Source: Clostridiales bacterium (GTDB taxonomy: Bacteria > Bacillota > Clostridia > Oscillospirales > Acutalibacteraceae). Taken from it: a stretch of DNA of 45,913 nucleotides. The stretch is taken from assembly GCA_012522615.1 (NCBI GenBank), contig JAAYKB010000059.1:1-45913 (forward strand), read 5' to 3'. The number at the start of each line of letters is the position of its first letter. Within the stretch, counting starts at the first letter, position 1. The position numbers and the translations under genes were made by a program. Positions 15,402 to 24,504 of the stretch are shown in pieces. The notes beneath the pieces were generated by a model. That model was given only the letters and a program-made list of their open reading frames with translations. It made no database searches and was not told where the DNA came from.

Positions 15402-15438
15402 AATGGAAAACCCCCGGATAGTCCGGGGGTTTTCCATT
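15402..15438. repeat. Perfect 17-bp inverted repeat (hairpin) between convergent genes
   Basis: AATGGAAAACCCCCGGA, a TAG loop, then TCCGGGGGTTTTCCATT. There are no mismatches. Confidence 0.9.
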
Positions 15439-15439
15439 A

Positions 15440-15470
15440 CAAAAATTCCCCGCCGTATCAGGCGGGGAAT
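15440..15470 (-). terminator. Rho-independent terminator of rplU-prp-rpmA
   Basis: On the - strand: ATTCCCCGCC, a 6-nt loop, GGCGGGGAAT, then TTTTT. Confidence 0.8.
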
Positions 15471-15517
15471 AATAATCTGCACGGTTATAATACCAATCTC
15501 AAGCTAAGATTTAAGTA

Positions 15518-15802
15518 TTACTGCTCTATTGCATAGACAGAGACCCGCTTGCGGTTCTTGCCCATGCGCTCAAAGCTTACCTTGCCGTCGACAAGTGCAA
15601 AGAGTGTGTCGTCGGAACCGATGCCCACACCGTTGCCGGGATGGATATGGGTACCGCGCTGGCGGACAAGAATGTTCCCTGCAAGAACAAACTGGCCGTC
15701 GGCACGCTTGACTCCGAGACGCTTGGACTCGGAATCACGACCGTTTTTAGTGGATCCTACGCCCTTTTTATGGGCGAACAACTGGATATTTATCTTAAGC
15801 AT
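15518..15802 (-). CDS. rpmA: 50S ribosomal protein L27 with a cleavable N-terminal extension
   Basis: Translation begins [24 protein letters not shown]. The 9-residue propeptide ending in F before AHKKG is the Firmicute Prp cleavage context. Confidence 0.95.
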   Translation of the reverse strand: MLKINIQLFAHKKGVGSTKNGRDSESKRLGVKRADGQFVLAGNILVRQRGTHIHPGNGVGIGSDDTLFALVDGKVSFERMGKNRKRVSVYAIEQ

Positions 15803-16121
15803 TCGTTACACCTCCGTATATTACCTTTAAATTGTGTGGATATTGTTTTTGCAGTTCTGTCAAATGTAGGCGGAAACCCTTTAAGATATCCTGACAGCGG
15901 CGCGCATCGTCGTCTGAAAGAACAACCCGAAGGAACCCTTGGCATTCTGTAATGTCGGCCGAAACACCCATAATCTCGGTGATGGTGTTGACGGTCATCA
16001 ACCCGGCCGACGAAACCGCCGCGCATACGATATCCTTGCCCGAAACACCCGCACCGGCATGTCCTGTCAACTCAAAGCCGACCAGAAGCCCCTGCCTTAT
16101 AAAAAACTTACTCCGCGTCAT
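15795..16121 (-). CDS. prp: Ribosomal-processing cysteine protease Prp
   Basis: Lies between rplU and rpmA and contains GHAG...DIVCAAVS, the His/Cys catalytic pair context. I prefer the internal start MTRSKFF at 16121; the track ORF extends to 16160, deep into rplU. Confidence 0.85.
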   Translation of the reverse strand: MTRSKFFIRQGLLVGFELTGHAGAGVSGKDIVCAAVSSAGLMTVNTITEIMGVSADITECQGFLRVVLSDDDARRCQDILKGFRLHLTELQKQYPHNLKVIYGGVTNA

Positions 16122-16452
16122 CGGCCTTCGCCTTGGGAGCCCTGGCGTGTATAGTTTCAATCTGAACCTTTGTAAAGGGCTGACGGTGTCCCAGCTTGCG
16201 CTTGCTGCCCTTCTTGGGACGGTAGGTGAAAACCGTGAGCTTCTTTCCTTTACCGTTTTTCAGAACACGCGCCTCAACGCTGGCACCTTTGATATAAGGA
16301 TTGCCCAGCTTGAGAGTTTTGTCGTTGTGGAGTGCGAGTACCTTGTCAAAGGTAACTGTGGATTCCTCGGCGGCGTCCAGCTTTTCAATGTACAGAACAT
16401 CGCCGCTCTGCACCTTGTACTGTTTGCCTCCGGTCTCAATAATGGCATACAT
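16108..16452 (-). CDS. rplU: 50S ribosomal protein L21
   Basis: Translation begins [14 protein letters not shown], the canonical L21 N-terminus. 114 aa. Confidence 0.95.
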   Translation of the reverse strand: MYAIIETGGKQYKVQSGDVLYIEKLDAAEESTVTFDKVLALHNDKTLKLGNPYIKGASVEARVLKNGKGKKLTVFTYRPKKGSKRKLGHRQPFTKVQIETIHARAPKAKADDAE

Positions 16453-16531
16453 GAATAAAAAGCACCTGCTTTTCTTTAAGACTCGCTGTCACAGGCGGGG
16501 ATAACCCGCTTTAATGCCCGGAACATGCGGC
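16453..16531 (-). promoter_or_regulatory. Structured 5' leader of rplU (candidate L21-leader-type element)
   Basis: About 80 nt lie between the predicted transcription start and the rplU ATG. The leader contains GCGGG-UUAUC-CCCGC and a short AGCA/UGCU stem followed by UUUUU just before the start codon. L21 leaders are known in Firmicutes, but homology was not verified. Confidence 0.4.
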
Positions 16532-16538
16532 AACGCAA

Positions 16539-16567
16539 ATTGTAACATGGCAAACCCTGATTGTCAA
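16539..16567 (-). promoter_or_regulatory. Near-consensus sigma-A promoter of rplU-prp-rpmA
   Basis: The - strand reads TTGACA, a 17-nt spacer, then TACAAT, with TGt immediately upstream of the -10. Confidence 0.75.
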
Positions 16568-16669
16568 GCATTTAAGGTTTATTTTGACTTTTCGGGTTCA
16601 ATGCACCCCGACTTGCTTCAGGAAAAGTTCTCATAAACAAAAAATTCTACAGAAAATACCAGTAAATTA

Positions 16670-16698
16670 TTTACAAATATAAGATTATGTGATAGAAT
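16670..16698 (+). promoter_or_regulatory. Promoter candidate for the PadR operon
   Basis: TTTACA (16670-16675), a 17-nt spacer ending in TGa, then TAGAAT (16693-16698). Confidence 0.5.
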
Positions 16699-16733
16699 AG
16701 GGGCGAAATGAAAATTTTAAGGGGTATTTTGTA

Positions 16734-17102
16734 TTGAGCATAACCGAAAATCTAAAAAAAGGAACTGCGGAGCTTTTGTTGCTCACCCTGTTGAATATCC
16801 GGGATATGTACGGCTATCAGTTGTCACAGGAGCTGGCTAAACGCAGTGATAATATGTTTATTCTGCGGGAGGGCTCCATGTACCCCACGCTCTACCGTTT
16901 GGTTGAAAAGGGATATATCTCCGACAGACGTGAAAAGGTGGGTAAAAGGAGAACCCGTGTTTATTACCATCTCGAACCATCCGGCTTGAAATATCTTAAT
17001 TATATAAAAAGCGAGTATTTGAGCATTAATGAGGGTGTCTTAAAGATACTAAATTATTCCGGAGGAATTTCTGATAATGTTAGGAAATCATTTGCAATAT
17101 GA
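16734..17102 (+). CDS. PadR family transcriptional regulator
   Basis: The winged-helix segment LLLLTLLNIRDMYGYQLSQEL...GSMYPTLYRLVEKGYI...RRTRVYYHL is typical of PadR. TTG start. Confidence 0.85.
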   Translation: MSITENLKKGTAELLLLTLLNIRDMYGYQLSQELAKRSDNMFILREGSMYPTLYRLVEKGYISDRREKVGKRRTRVYYHLEPSGLKYLNYIKSEYLSINEGVLKILNYSGGISDNVRKSFAI

Positions 17103-17487
17103 TTTGGACACGTATTTTCACAAAATCAATAAGCTGATGGTCTGCAAAGGCAGCCGGAAGAAAAAGCTTATCGAGGAGCTCAAAGCAAGCATCGAGGATT
17201 TTCTGGATGATCATCCCGAAGCATCAATCCATGATATCGTCGGTCGTTTCGGGACGCCGGAAGATATCGCGATTGATTACATATCATCTGTGGAAGGGAG
17301 TGAGTTTGGCAATGATTTGAACAGTGCGAGATTCATAAAAAGAGCGGCTCTTTTCGTGGGATTGGCAATCGTTATAATTTTCTGTGTCTTGTGCATTTTC
17401 TGCTACCTCAAAAACGCGGAATCCGCCGACGGATTCACCGACTTTGGTGTAGCGGAAGGAATCAAATTATTAAAAAACGGAGGTTAA
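17077..17487 (+). CDS. DUF1700-like membrane protein (usual PadR partner)
   Basis: Overlaps the padR 3' end by 26 nt, with GGAGGA 11 nt upstream. The N-terminal helical domain (YFHKINKLM...LKASIEDFL...FGTPEDIA) followed by one TM helix matches the usual PadR-adjacent architecture. The family name is from memory. Confidence 0.6.
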   Translation: MLGNHLQYDLDTYFHKINKLMVCKGSRKKKLIEELKASIEDFLDDHPEASIHDIVGRFGTPEDIAIDYISSVEGSEFGNDLNSARFIKRAALFVGLAIVIIFCVLCIFCYLKNAESADGFTDFGVAEGIKLLKNGG

Positions 17488-17490
17488 AAA

Positions 17491-17994
17491 ATGAAACGAA
17501 TACTTATTTGTTTGTTTGCAATCGTATGTTTTGTGATGTCGTTACCACTGTCCGCAGGCGCTCAAGCCGCCCCGATAATAACAAATGATTTTCAGACCGT
17601 AAGTACGTATACCGAATATTATCAGGACGGCTATGCCGAAATTACGGTCACAAAAAAAGTATCGAAAAACGGGATATTGGCAGCCGGCAATGAATATTAC
17701 ATTATCGGAAGTAAAACATATACATGGTATGATGTCAATGGAAAGCCCCTGTGGGACTTTGTGGTAATCGGCGATTTTAGAGTCATACATAACGAGTATG
17801 TAGTCTGTATAGCCGCATCCGGAGCGCCCCATTCATTTGACAAAGCATGGTCGTGTTCAAGCTCTACGGCTTTCCCTGAATTCAACATAGCGGTCGGAAA
17901 AGCAACTTTTAAGCGGAAAATCCTCTTCGTCACGGTAGACACCAGAAAAATTGAGGTCAGACTGTACTGCAGTAAGACCGGACAACTGTCTTAA
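17491..17994 (+). CDS. Secreted protein, function unknown
   Basis: Signal peptide MKRILICLFAIVCFVMSLPLSAGAQA. An SD (GGAGG) lies 8 nt upstream. It is the third gene of the PadR operon. Confidence 0.6.
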   Translation: MKRILICLFAIVCFVMSLPLSAGAQAAPIITNDFQTVSTYTEYYQDGYAEITVTKKVSKNGILAAGNEYYIIGSKTYTWYDVNGKPLWDFVVIGDFRVIHNEYVVCIAASGAPHSFDKAWSCSSSTAFPEFNIAVGKATFKRKILFVTVDTRKIEVRLYCSKTGQLS

Positions 17995-18004
17995 AAAACC
18001 AAGC

Positions 18005-18042
18005 AAGGAAGGCTCTTTCGCATGAAGGAGCCTTCCTTTTTT
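18005..18042. terminator. Bidirectional terminator hairpin between convergent genes
   Basis: AAGGAAGGCTC / GGAGCCTTCCTT stem with TTTT after it on the + strand and a T-rich tract (TTGGTTTTTT) after it on the - strand. Confidence 0.75.
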
Positions 18043-18057
18043 ACGGCTATAATGCCG

Positions 18058-18807
18058 TCATGTAACCGGAAAATTCGATTTTGTATCAAGCAGGTATCGG
18101 AGAATCTTTTCAAGATTGCTGTCCGTCATACGCGACACCGGAGCCGAAACACTGATGGCGTGCCGAGCCATACCGGTATAGTCACGTATGGCAACCGCGA
18201 CACACTTGACCCCGACTTCGTTTTCTTCATTGTCTAGCGCATAGCCAAGGCTTCTTATAGTACCGATTTCCTTAATAAAATCCCCCCAGTTTACAATGGT
18301 GTTTTCTGTGTGCGGGCGGATATCGATGCTGTCCCATATGGAGTGTATTTCGGCGTCGGGAAGTTCGGCAAGGATGGCCTTGCCGACGGCCGTGCAGTAT
18401 AACGGCTGTCGCATGCCGATACGGGATACCATCCTGACCGAATTAACGGTAGGCTCAACCTTATCGATATATACGCAGTGCACACCCTCCCTTTGCACCA
18501 AATGGACGGTTTCCCCGCTCTGCGCCGCGAGATTTTCAAGATACGGGCGTATCATATCCCGCATATTTATATGGTTGAGCATGTGATTGGCAAGTTCCAG
18601 AAGCTTAAAGGTCAGACCGTACCTTTCAGTTTTTTCATCCTTTTTAACATATCCCATAGATAGAAGGGTATTAAGTTGGCGGTAAACGGTCGCTTTATTC
18701 AAATTTGCGGCATTGCTCAGCTCGGTGACCCCCGATTCACCCTTTTGAGCGAGTATTTCCATCAGGGTTAGCGTCCGCTTAACAGATCGGATATTATTTC
18801 TATCCAT
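18058..18807 (-). CDS. IclR family transcriptional regulator
   Basis: N-terminal HTH (VKRTLTLMEILAQKGESGVTELSNAANLNKATVYRQLNTL) plus a C-terminal IclR effector domain. ATG at 18807 has AGGAGA upstream. The track ORF to 18870 would overlap mutS2. Confidence 0.85.
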   Translation of the reverse strand: MDRNNIRSVKRTLTLMEILAQKGESGVTELSNAANLNKATVYRQLNTLLSMGYVKKDEKTERYGLTFKLLELANHMLNHINMRDMIRPYLENLAAQSGETVHLVQREGVHCVYIDKVEPTVNSVRMVSRIGMRQPLYCTAVGKAILAELPDAEIHSIWDSIDIRPHTENTIVNWGDFIKEIGTIRSLGYALDNEENEVGVKCVAVAIRDYTGMARHAISVSAPVSRMTDSNLEKILRYLLDTKSNFPVT

Positions 18808-18859
18808 GGTTATTCTCCTAAAGCTTAAATAAATTATTGTACTGTCGGTCGTGCGGACA

Positions 18860-21241
18860 CTAAAGCTCAACTATTGTTACTCCTGTTTCGCCCTCTCCGT
18901 ATACCCCGAGTCGAAAGCCCCTGACAGAAGGATGGGATTTTAGGTGCTTGTGTACCGCCGCCCGCATCGCGCCTGTGCCCTTGCCGTGAATAACCGTGAT
19001 TTGTCCGATACCCGACATTAAGGCCTGATCAATAAACCTGTCAAGCTCCAAAATCCCCTCGTCGGTCAGCATCCCTCTTAAATCAAGCTCGGTTTTAACC
19101 GAACGGACGGCACGGGACGATTCCCCTTTCACCGTTCCGACCGGCGGCGCAGTCCGGTTCACCGAGCCGACATTCGACTCGACAAGCCGTAAATTGTCGA
19201 TACCGACACGTGTTTTGATTATTCCCGCCTGCACCATGACATTTCCGCTGCTATCCGCGGGAGATAATACAATCCCTTTTTTATCAATATCAATTATAAT
19301 AACCTCGTCGCCCTCTTTCAAGGGACGGGGCAGCTTGTATTGTCCGCGTATTTTATGCAAAACAGGATCAACCGCTTCCTCGGCGGCAGCAAGCCTTGAC
19401 CTCAGCCTGCTTTTTGCTTCCTGTATCCTTGCGGCAAATTCAGCCGAATTTTTTTCCTTCCTGATGGTGTCAAGCTCGGTCATCATCTGCTCGGCTTCCG
19501 TTCTTGCTCGTTCGATTATCTGCCGCGCCTCCGACTTCGCCCGCTCGATTTCCTTTTGACGCATATTCTCAAGCTCGGTCAGCCGGCGTTCGGCCTTTTG
19601 ACCCGCCGACTCCGCCGAAGCCCGGACGGCTCGCGCCTGTTCGAGTTCATTCTCGAGTTTCTGTCGGTGCTCCTCAAGCTTGCTCACCATATCCTCAAGC
19701 CTTTGGTTTTCACCCGATACAAGCTCCTTAGCACGATTGACAAGTGCGGAATCCATCCCCAGCCTTTCGGATATTGCAAAGGCGTTGGAACGACCCGGAA
19801 CACCGACCAGCAGCCTGTATGTCGGGCGTAGGGTTGCGATATCAAACTCACAGCTCCCGTTTTCAACCCCGGGGGTGTTCACTGCGTATGCCTTGAGCTC
19901 GGCATAATGGGTGGTGGCGGCAATCCGAGCGCCCTTCATTCTCAGCCTTTCGATTATGGCGGTTGCAAGCGCCGCACCCTCAACAGGGTCTGTACCCGCG
20001 CCCAGCTCGTCCATAAGCACCAGACTTCCATCGTCTGCCTCATCAAGGATTCGTATGAGATTTTTCATGTGGGCGGAGAAGGTGGACAATGACTGTTCAA
20101 TCGACTGCTCGTCACCGATATCTGCATAAATGGCGTCGAAGACCGACAGGACGCTTCCATCCCCTACCGGCGGCATAAGTCCGCACATCGCCATTAATGT
20201 CAAAAGGCCGATGGTTTTCAGTGTTACTGTTTTGCCGCCGGTGTTTGGCCCCGTTATCACCAACGTGTCAAAATCGCCGCCCAACTCAACGTCTATCGGC
20301 ACAGCCGTTTTGGGGTCGAGGAGCGGGTGACGGGCGCGACGAAGCAGTATATGCCTGTCCTGGGTCAAGATCGGTTGGGTGGCCTTCATTTTATATGCAA
20401 GTCTTGATTTTGCAAAAATAAAGTTCAGTTCGACAAGTATCATGTAATTGCCGATAATCGCAGCTCCGAAACTGCCAGCTTCGGCAGACAGCTCTGCCAA
20501 TATCCGTTCAATCTCGGCCTGCTCCCTTGATAAAAGCACTCTCAGCTCGTTATTTGCCTCGACAACAGCCATCGGCTCGATAAAGACGGTCGCCCCCGAC
20601 GACGAGGTGTCGTGAATCAAGCCCGGCACCTCTCCTCTGTGCTCCGATTTTACGGGCACGACAAAACGACCTCCGCGAATGGTTACAATTGGATCCTGCA
20701 ACAGCTTTTGATATTCGGGCGAGCGTATCATCTTATCAAGCTTTTCGCGGACGCGTGAAGATGCGGCGCGTATTTTTCTGCGTATATCGCTGAGCTCGGG
20801 GGATGCGCTGTCCGCGATTTCCTCTTCCGAAACGATTGCCTCTTTTATCTTTTCCTCCAGATATTTATTTGGGGATAGGGCATTAAACCTATCATCCAGA
20901 CAGGTTTTTGTGTCCGTGCAATTTTCAAACCAGCCGCGCATGGAGCGTATAATTCTGAGGGTTTCGGCGATGTCAAGAAGCTCACGCATAGACAGAGAAG
21001 CGCCGGCCTCGGCACGGCGCAATACATCCGTAACATCCTTTAGTTGACCGAATGAGGGGCTACCGAACCGTGCCGTTAAAAGCATGGCGGCAGCGGTATC
21101 CTCCATGCGGCGGCGTGCTTCCCCAAGGTCGGAAGAGGGCTCAATCCCCCTGGCGATTTTCGCGGCGCCTTCACAGCTTGTTTCGGATGCAAGCAGCTCG
21201 AGTATCTTATCAAGCTCCAACACCTTATAATCTCGTTTCAT
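18860..21241 (-). CDS. mutS2: Endonuclease MutS2 (MutS ATPase plus C-terminal Smr domain)
   Basis: 793 aa with Walker A GPNTGGKTV, a long coiled-coil and a C-terminal Smr region (LDLRG...VIHGKGTGALR-like). Confidence 0.92.
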   Translation of the reverse strand: MKRDYKVLELDKILELLASETSCEGAAKIARGIEPSSDLGEARRRMEDTAAAMLLTARFGSPSFGQLKDVTDVLRRAEAGASLSMRELLDIAETLRIIRSMRGWFENCTDTKTCLDDRFNALSPNKYLEEKIKEAIVSEEEIADSASPELSDIRRKIRAASSRVREKLDKMIRSPEYQKLLQDPIVTIRGGRFVVPVKSEHRGEVPGLIHDTSSSGATVFIEPMAVVEANNELRVLLSREQAEIERILAELSAEAGSFGAAIIGNYMILVELNFIFAKSRLAYKMKATQPILTQDRHILLRRARHPLLDPKTAVPIDVELGGDFDTLVITGPNTGGKTVTLKTIGLLTLMAMCGLMPPVGDGSVLSVFDAIYADIGDEQSIEQSLSTFSAHMKNLIRILDEADDGSLVLMDELGAGTDPVEGAALATAIIERLRMKGARIAATTHYAELKAYAVNTPGVENGSCEFDIATLRPTYRLLVGVPGRSNAFAISERLGMDSALVNRAKELVSGENQRLEDMVSKLEEHRQKLENELEQARAVRASAESAGQKAERRLTELENMRQKEIERAKSEARQIIERARTEAEQMMTELDTIRKEKNSAEFAARIQEAKSRLRSRLAAAEEAVDPVLHKIRGQYKLPRPLKEGDEVIIIDIDKKGIVLSPADSSGNVMVQAGIIKTRVGIDNLRLVESNVGSVNRTAPPVGTVKGESSRAVRSVKTELDLRGMLTDEGILELDRFIDQALMSGIGQITVIHGKGTGAMRAAVHKHLKSHPSVRGFRLGVYGEGETGVTIVEL

Positions 21242-21266
21242 CGGTAACCAAGCCTTTACATATTAT

Positions 21267-22004
21267 CTATTGTTTATTCAGGATGGACAGCACATCCCGC
21301 AGCATTTTATCGTACTCTTCATTGCTCTCTCGGTCCGAACCCGTACCCCTTGGAGAGGGTTCGGAAGAAATTTTTTGATATTCCTCGGTTTTTTGGAGAT
21401 ACGGGATGTCATTTTCAGTTTTTACGGTCGCCCTTTCGAGGGGCTGCTTCACGGCATTATTTGTTTCTCCGTTTTTCTTGACAGGCTGGGGTTGAGTCTT
21501 CTCTGGCTTCACCGGAAGGGGCCGGGGTTCTGGCGCGGGTTGTTTGACCGGAAGCGGCTGCGCCGCCGGCGGGGCTTTGGGCTGGGATTCAAGGTCGTAG
21601 TCAAACCTTTTTTTCTCGGGATTTCGTGTAAGGATATCCAGAGCATCGGGCAGTACCGGATTTTCGGGTTTGGAAGCTTCATATACAGCCAGCTTATACT
21701 GGTCCGAAAAATAGGCGCTTCCGAGCGCAGGCAAGGCACAAGGAATAAACAGAGCAAACAGTATCAAGGGTGTGCCCGTGCCCGCAATCACAAGCTGAAA
21801 CCCGCAAAATAGCGGACCCGCAAGGGGAATCAAGGAAAAGATAAGTGCCCGGTCGGAATCGTATCCCCCGTCCAAAGCGACAAAGAAGCACATGCCTTGC
21901 AGAATAAAAACAAACATAAATGTGACGATTAACAAAAGTCTTGATAAGCGGCGGCATCTAAGTCCATAGCGGTCGATTTGATTTTTTTGCATTGCTGCGC
22001 TCAT
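21267..22004 (-). CDS. Membrane protein with a proline-rich cytoplasmic tail, function unknown
   Basis: 245 aa with about three N-terminal TM helices, followed by PKAPPAAQPLPVKQPAPEPRPLPVKPEKTQPQPV. Confidence 0.5.
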   Translation of the reverse strand: MSAAMQKNQIDRYGLRCRRLSRLLLIVTFMFVFILQGMCFFVALDGGYDSDRALIFSLIPLAGPLFCGFQLVIAGTGTPLILFALFIPCALPALGSAYFSDQYKLAVYEASKPENPVLPDALDILTRNPEKKRFDYDLESQPKAPPAAQPLPVKQPAPEPRPLPVKPEKTQPQPVKKNGETNNAVKQPLERATVKTENDIPYLQKTEEYQKISSEPSPRGTGSDRESNEEYDKMLRDVLSILNKQ

Positions 22005-22029
22005 TGTAAACCTCCAATTGCAAATAAAA

Positions 22030-22770
22030 TCAACTTTTTAACGTATGATAAAAGTCAAGGGTTTTAAAACCCCTTCCGAGTTGTGCAAGCAAAAATGCTT
22101 CGGTATAATTTGAAAACGCCGTTATCCCTTCGTCCGACATTGTAAAAGAAAAGCATTTTTCAAATTCGGAATAGGTCACATGCCTCATAGCCGCGAGAAC
22201 ATTCGGCATGAGCGCATATCCGTTCGTCGGCCGGTGACTGCACCTGCCGCACACAAGGCTTCCTTCGGTCGGAGACAGCCACATAACCTCGCTCTCAAAT
22301 GCTCCGCAGTCTCTGCACATAGTCAAATCAGGCATAAAGCCTGCAAGACCGAGCATCCTGAGCTCAAGCACACCCTTTATCTGGCGGGGGTCGCGACTGC
22401 CCTCGGCTAAAAAATGCAGGGCGTTAAGCATTAAACGCAAAAAATCCTCCGCGGGCTCATCCTGCGGAGCAATAACCCCTGCCAATTCACAAAAATATTG
22501 AGCAAGCGCCAGCTTGACGATATCCGACCGCAGGGCAAAGAAAACGGAAATCGGCCGGGCGTCCTCGACTATGTATTTATTCCGTCCTCGGCGCAGGGTC
22601 AGACGGGAATATGAAAGCAGCTGGGTTGCCGATGAATTACGACTTTTCGGGTTCTGCGCCCCCCTTGCGGACGCCCGTATAACCCCCAGCTCACGCGTCA
22701 ATGCTGTAACAAAGCGGTCGGCTTCACCTATATTGTTGTTCTCCCTGATAATCAGGGCGTCGGTTGTCAT
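22030..22770 (-). CDS. recO: DNA repair protein RecO
   Basis: Conserved position after era/yqzL, with a C-terminal zinc motif CRDCG...CGRC. ATG at 22770 (MTTDALIIREN) has AAGGAGGA upstream. The track ORF extends to 22875. Confidence 0.88.
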   Translation of the reverse strand: MTTDALIIRENNNIGEADRFVTALTRELGVIRASARGAQNPKSRNSSATQLLSYSRLTLRRGRNKYIVEDARPISVFFALRSDIVKLALAQYFCELAGVIAPQDEPAEDFLRLMLNALHFLAEGSRDPRQIKGVLELRMLGLAGFMPDLTMCRDCGAFESEVMWLSPTEGSLVCGRCSHRPTNGYALMPNVLAAMRHVTYSEFEKCFSFTMSDEGITAFSNYTEAFLLAQLGRGFKTLDFYHTLKS

Positions 22771-22885
22771 CCCGATGCCGCTCCTCCTTATTTTTCTTGT
22801 TATATAAATCAACTCCCCGGTACCGAAGATAATCTTCAATTCGCCCGGTTTTTGAGAATGCGTCCCACATATCATATCGCTTCAT
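22724..22885 (-). CDS. YqzL-like small protein
   Basis: The internal start gives MKRYDMWDAFSKTGRIEDYLRYRG..., which carries the W..F..TG.I..YL signature I recall for YqzL. The position between era and recO matches Bacillus. The 3' end overlaps recO by 47 nt. Confidence 0.5.
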   Translation of the reverse strand: MKRYDMWDAFSKTGRIEDYLRYRGVDLYNKKNKEERHRDDNRRPDYQGEQQYR

Positions 22886-23050
22886 GCCAAAGTACCGTTC
22901 CTTTCTGCCGTCGGGGAACGTGTGTTTCCCGCGCGTTGCTAGAGTACAACAGAGTAACTTCGTACATTTAGAATATGCACACGATCTGCTTCCATACACG
23001 GAAACATATACCGTAATATTCGGAAATTTTGGTATTGAAAATATAAAGTA

Positions 23051-23965
23051 TTATCGGTAGCCGAACCCTCCCATAATACCCTGACGGTTGCGCCAGTCCT
23101 CCTTTACCTTGACCCAGCACTGGAGGTTTACCTTAGTTCCGAACAGCGATTCCATCTCCTGGCGGGCGGCTTTCCCTATCTTTTGCAACATAGAGCCGCA
23201 TTTGCCGATAATAATTCCCTTGTGGCTTTCCCGCTCACAAAAGATGTTTGCCTCGACATCCAGAATTGCGGTCTGCCCCGACTGTCGTTCCTTCATGCTT
23301 TCAACTACAACCGCGATGCCGTGCGGAACCTCGTCCCTCATAAAAAGCAGAATTTTTTCGCGTATAAGCTCGGCAGAAATAACCCGCTCGGGCTGGTCGC
23401 TTACCATATCATCCGAAAAAAAGTGCGGACTTTCGAACGCAAATTTAAAGATTTCACGATTCAGCTCCTCAATCCCGTCTCCCGTCAGGGCAGAAATCGG
23501 GACGATAGCCGAAAAATCGTATTCCTTTTGCCAGCTTGAAATCAAGCCCAGTAATATCGATTTGTCGTCATGGGTATCAATCTTATTTATCACAAGGACA
23601 ACCGGCAGATTATTTTTGGAGCAGCGGTCCAGAAGATTCCGCTCCTCGGGCTTGATGCCGCGCGGCGAATCGGTGACAAGCACCGCCGCATCAACCCCCG
23701 AAACCGCCTCGCCTATCGTTTTTATCATAAAATCCCCCAACCTGGTACGTGGGCGGTGGGCGCCGGGTGTATCTATAAAGACAATTTGGGTGTCCTCCCT
23801 TGTGCAAACACCCATGATCCTGTTTCTGGTTGTCTGAGGCTTGTCCGATACTATCGCCACCTTATGACCGACCAGGGCGTTTAACAGGGTGGATTTTCCC
23901 ACATTCGGCAGTCCGATTATGGCAATAAAGGCTGATTTGGAAGTGCTTTTCGGTTCGTTCGACAT
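23051..23965 (-). CDS. era: GTPase Era
   Basis: Contains GLPNVGKSTL, DTPG and NKID motifs and a C-terminal KH domain. Confidence 0.95.
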   Translation of the reverse strand: MSNEPKSTSKSAFIAIIGLPNVGKSTLLNALVGHKVAIVSDKPQTTRNRIMGVCTREDTQIVFIDTPGAHRPRTRLGDFMIKTIGEAVSGVDAAVLVTDSPRGIKPEERNLLDRCSKNNLPVVLVINKIDTHDDKSILLGLISSWQKEYDFSAIVPISALTGDGIEELNREIFKFAFESPHFFSDDMVSDQPERVISAELIREKILLFMRDEVPHGIAVVVESMKERQSGQTAILDVEANIFCERESHKGIIIGKCGSMLQKIGKAARQEMESLFGTKVNLQCWVKVKEDWRNRQGIMGGFGYR

Positions 23966-24027
23966 TAAGAGGTTTCATCCCTTCAAATTTCATGTGGTTC
24001 ACGAAAACATAACACCAGGTTTATTAT

Positions 24028-24498
24028 TTATTTGGTAGGGATGTTTTTATGCGGCCCGCCGCGCAGTATAAAAATGAATGAAACCACAAGCGAAAGCCCC
24101 GTTACGGTAAGCTTCCACCAACTTGAAACAAGATTGTTCCACAGCGCCGCCAGCTTGTCTAAATCCCCGAACATCAGAAAACCCACGCCGACCGACGCTA
24201 TCGAGCATATAAGAACGGCGGCAGCAGCGGCATCCTTTGCAATTCTGGCTGCGGGATGGATTTTGGGCGATGATATATCCACGGTATGCTCGACGGCGGT
24301 GTTGACGGCCTCTGCCGCCAATACTGCCGAAATGGTGATAATCAGCAAAGCCCATTCGGTGCGCGTCAGCGAAAAGGCAGGCGCAAAGCCCAGAACATAA
24401 GCAGCTACAACCAGATGAATTCTGAAATTGCGTTCATGCCGTAGGCAAAACCAAGCTCCTGACGCGGCATAGATAAAGCTTTTAATAAACAGTTTCAT
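24028..24498 (-). CDS. dgkA: Diacylglycerol/undecaprenol kinase family protein
   Basis: Three TM helices and the EAVNTAVEHTVD motif. The position between ybeY and era is conserved. Confidence 0.85.
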   Translation of the reverse strand: MKLFIKSFIYAASGAWFCLRHERNFRIHLVVAAYVLGFAPAFSLTRTEWALLIITISAVLAAEAVNTAVEHTVDISSPKIHPAARIAKDAAAAAVLICSIASVGVGFLMFGDLDKLAALWNNLVSSWWKLTVTGLSLVVSFIFILRGGPHKNIPTK

Positions 24499-24504
24499 TC
24501 GTTA

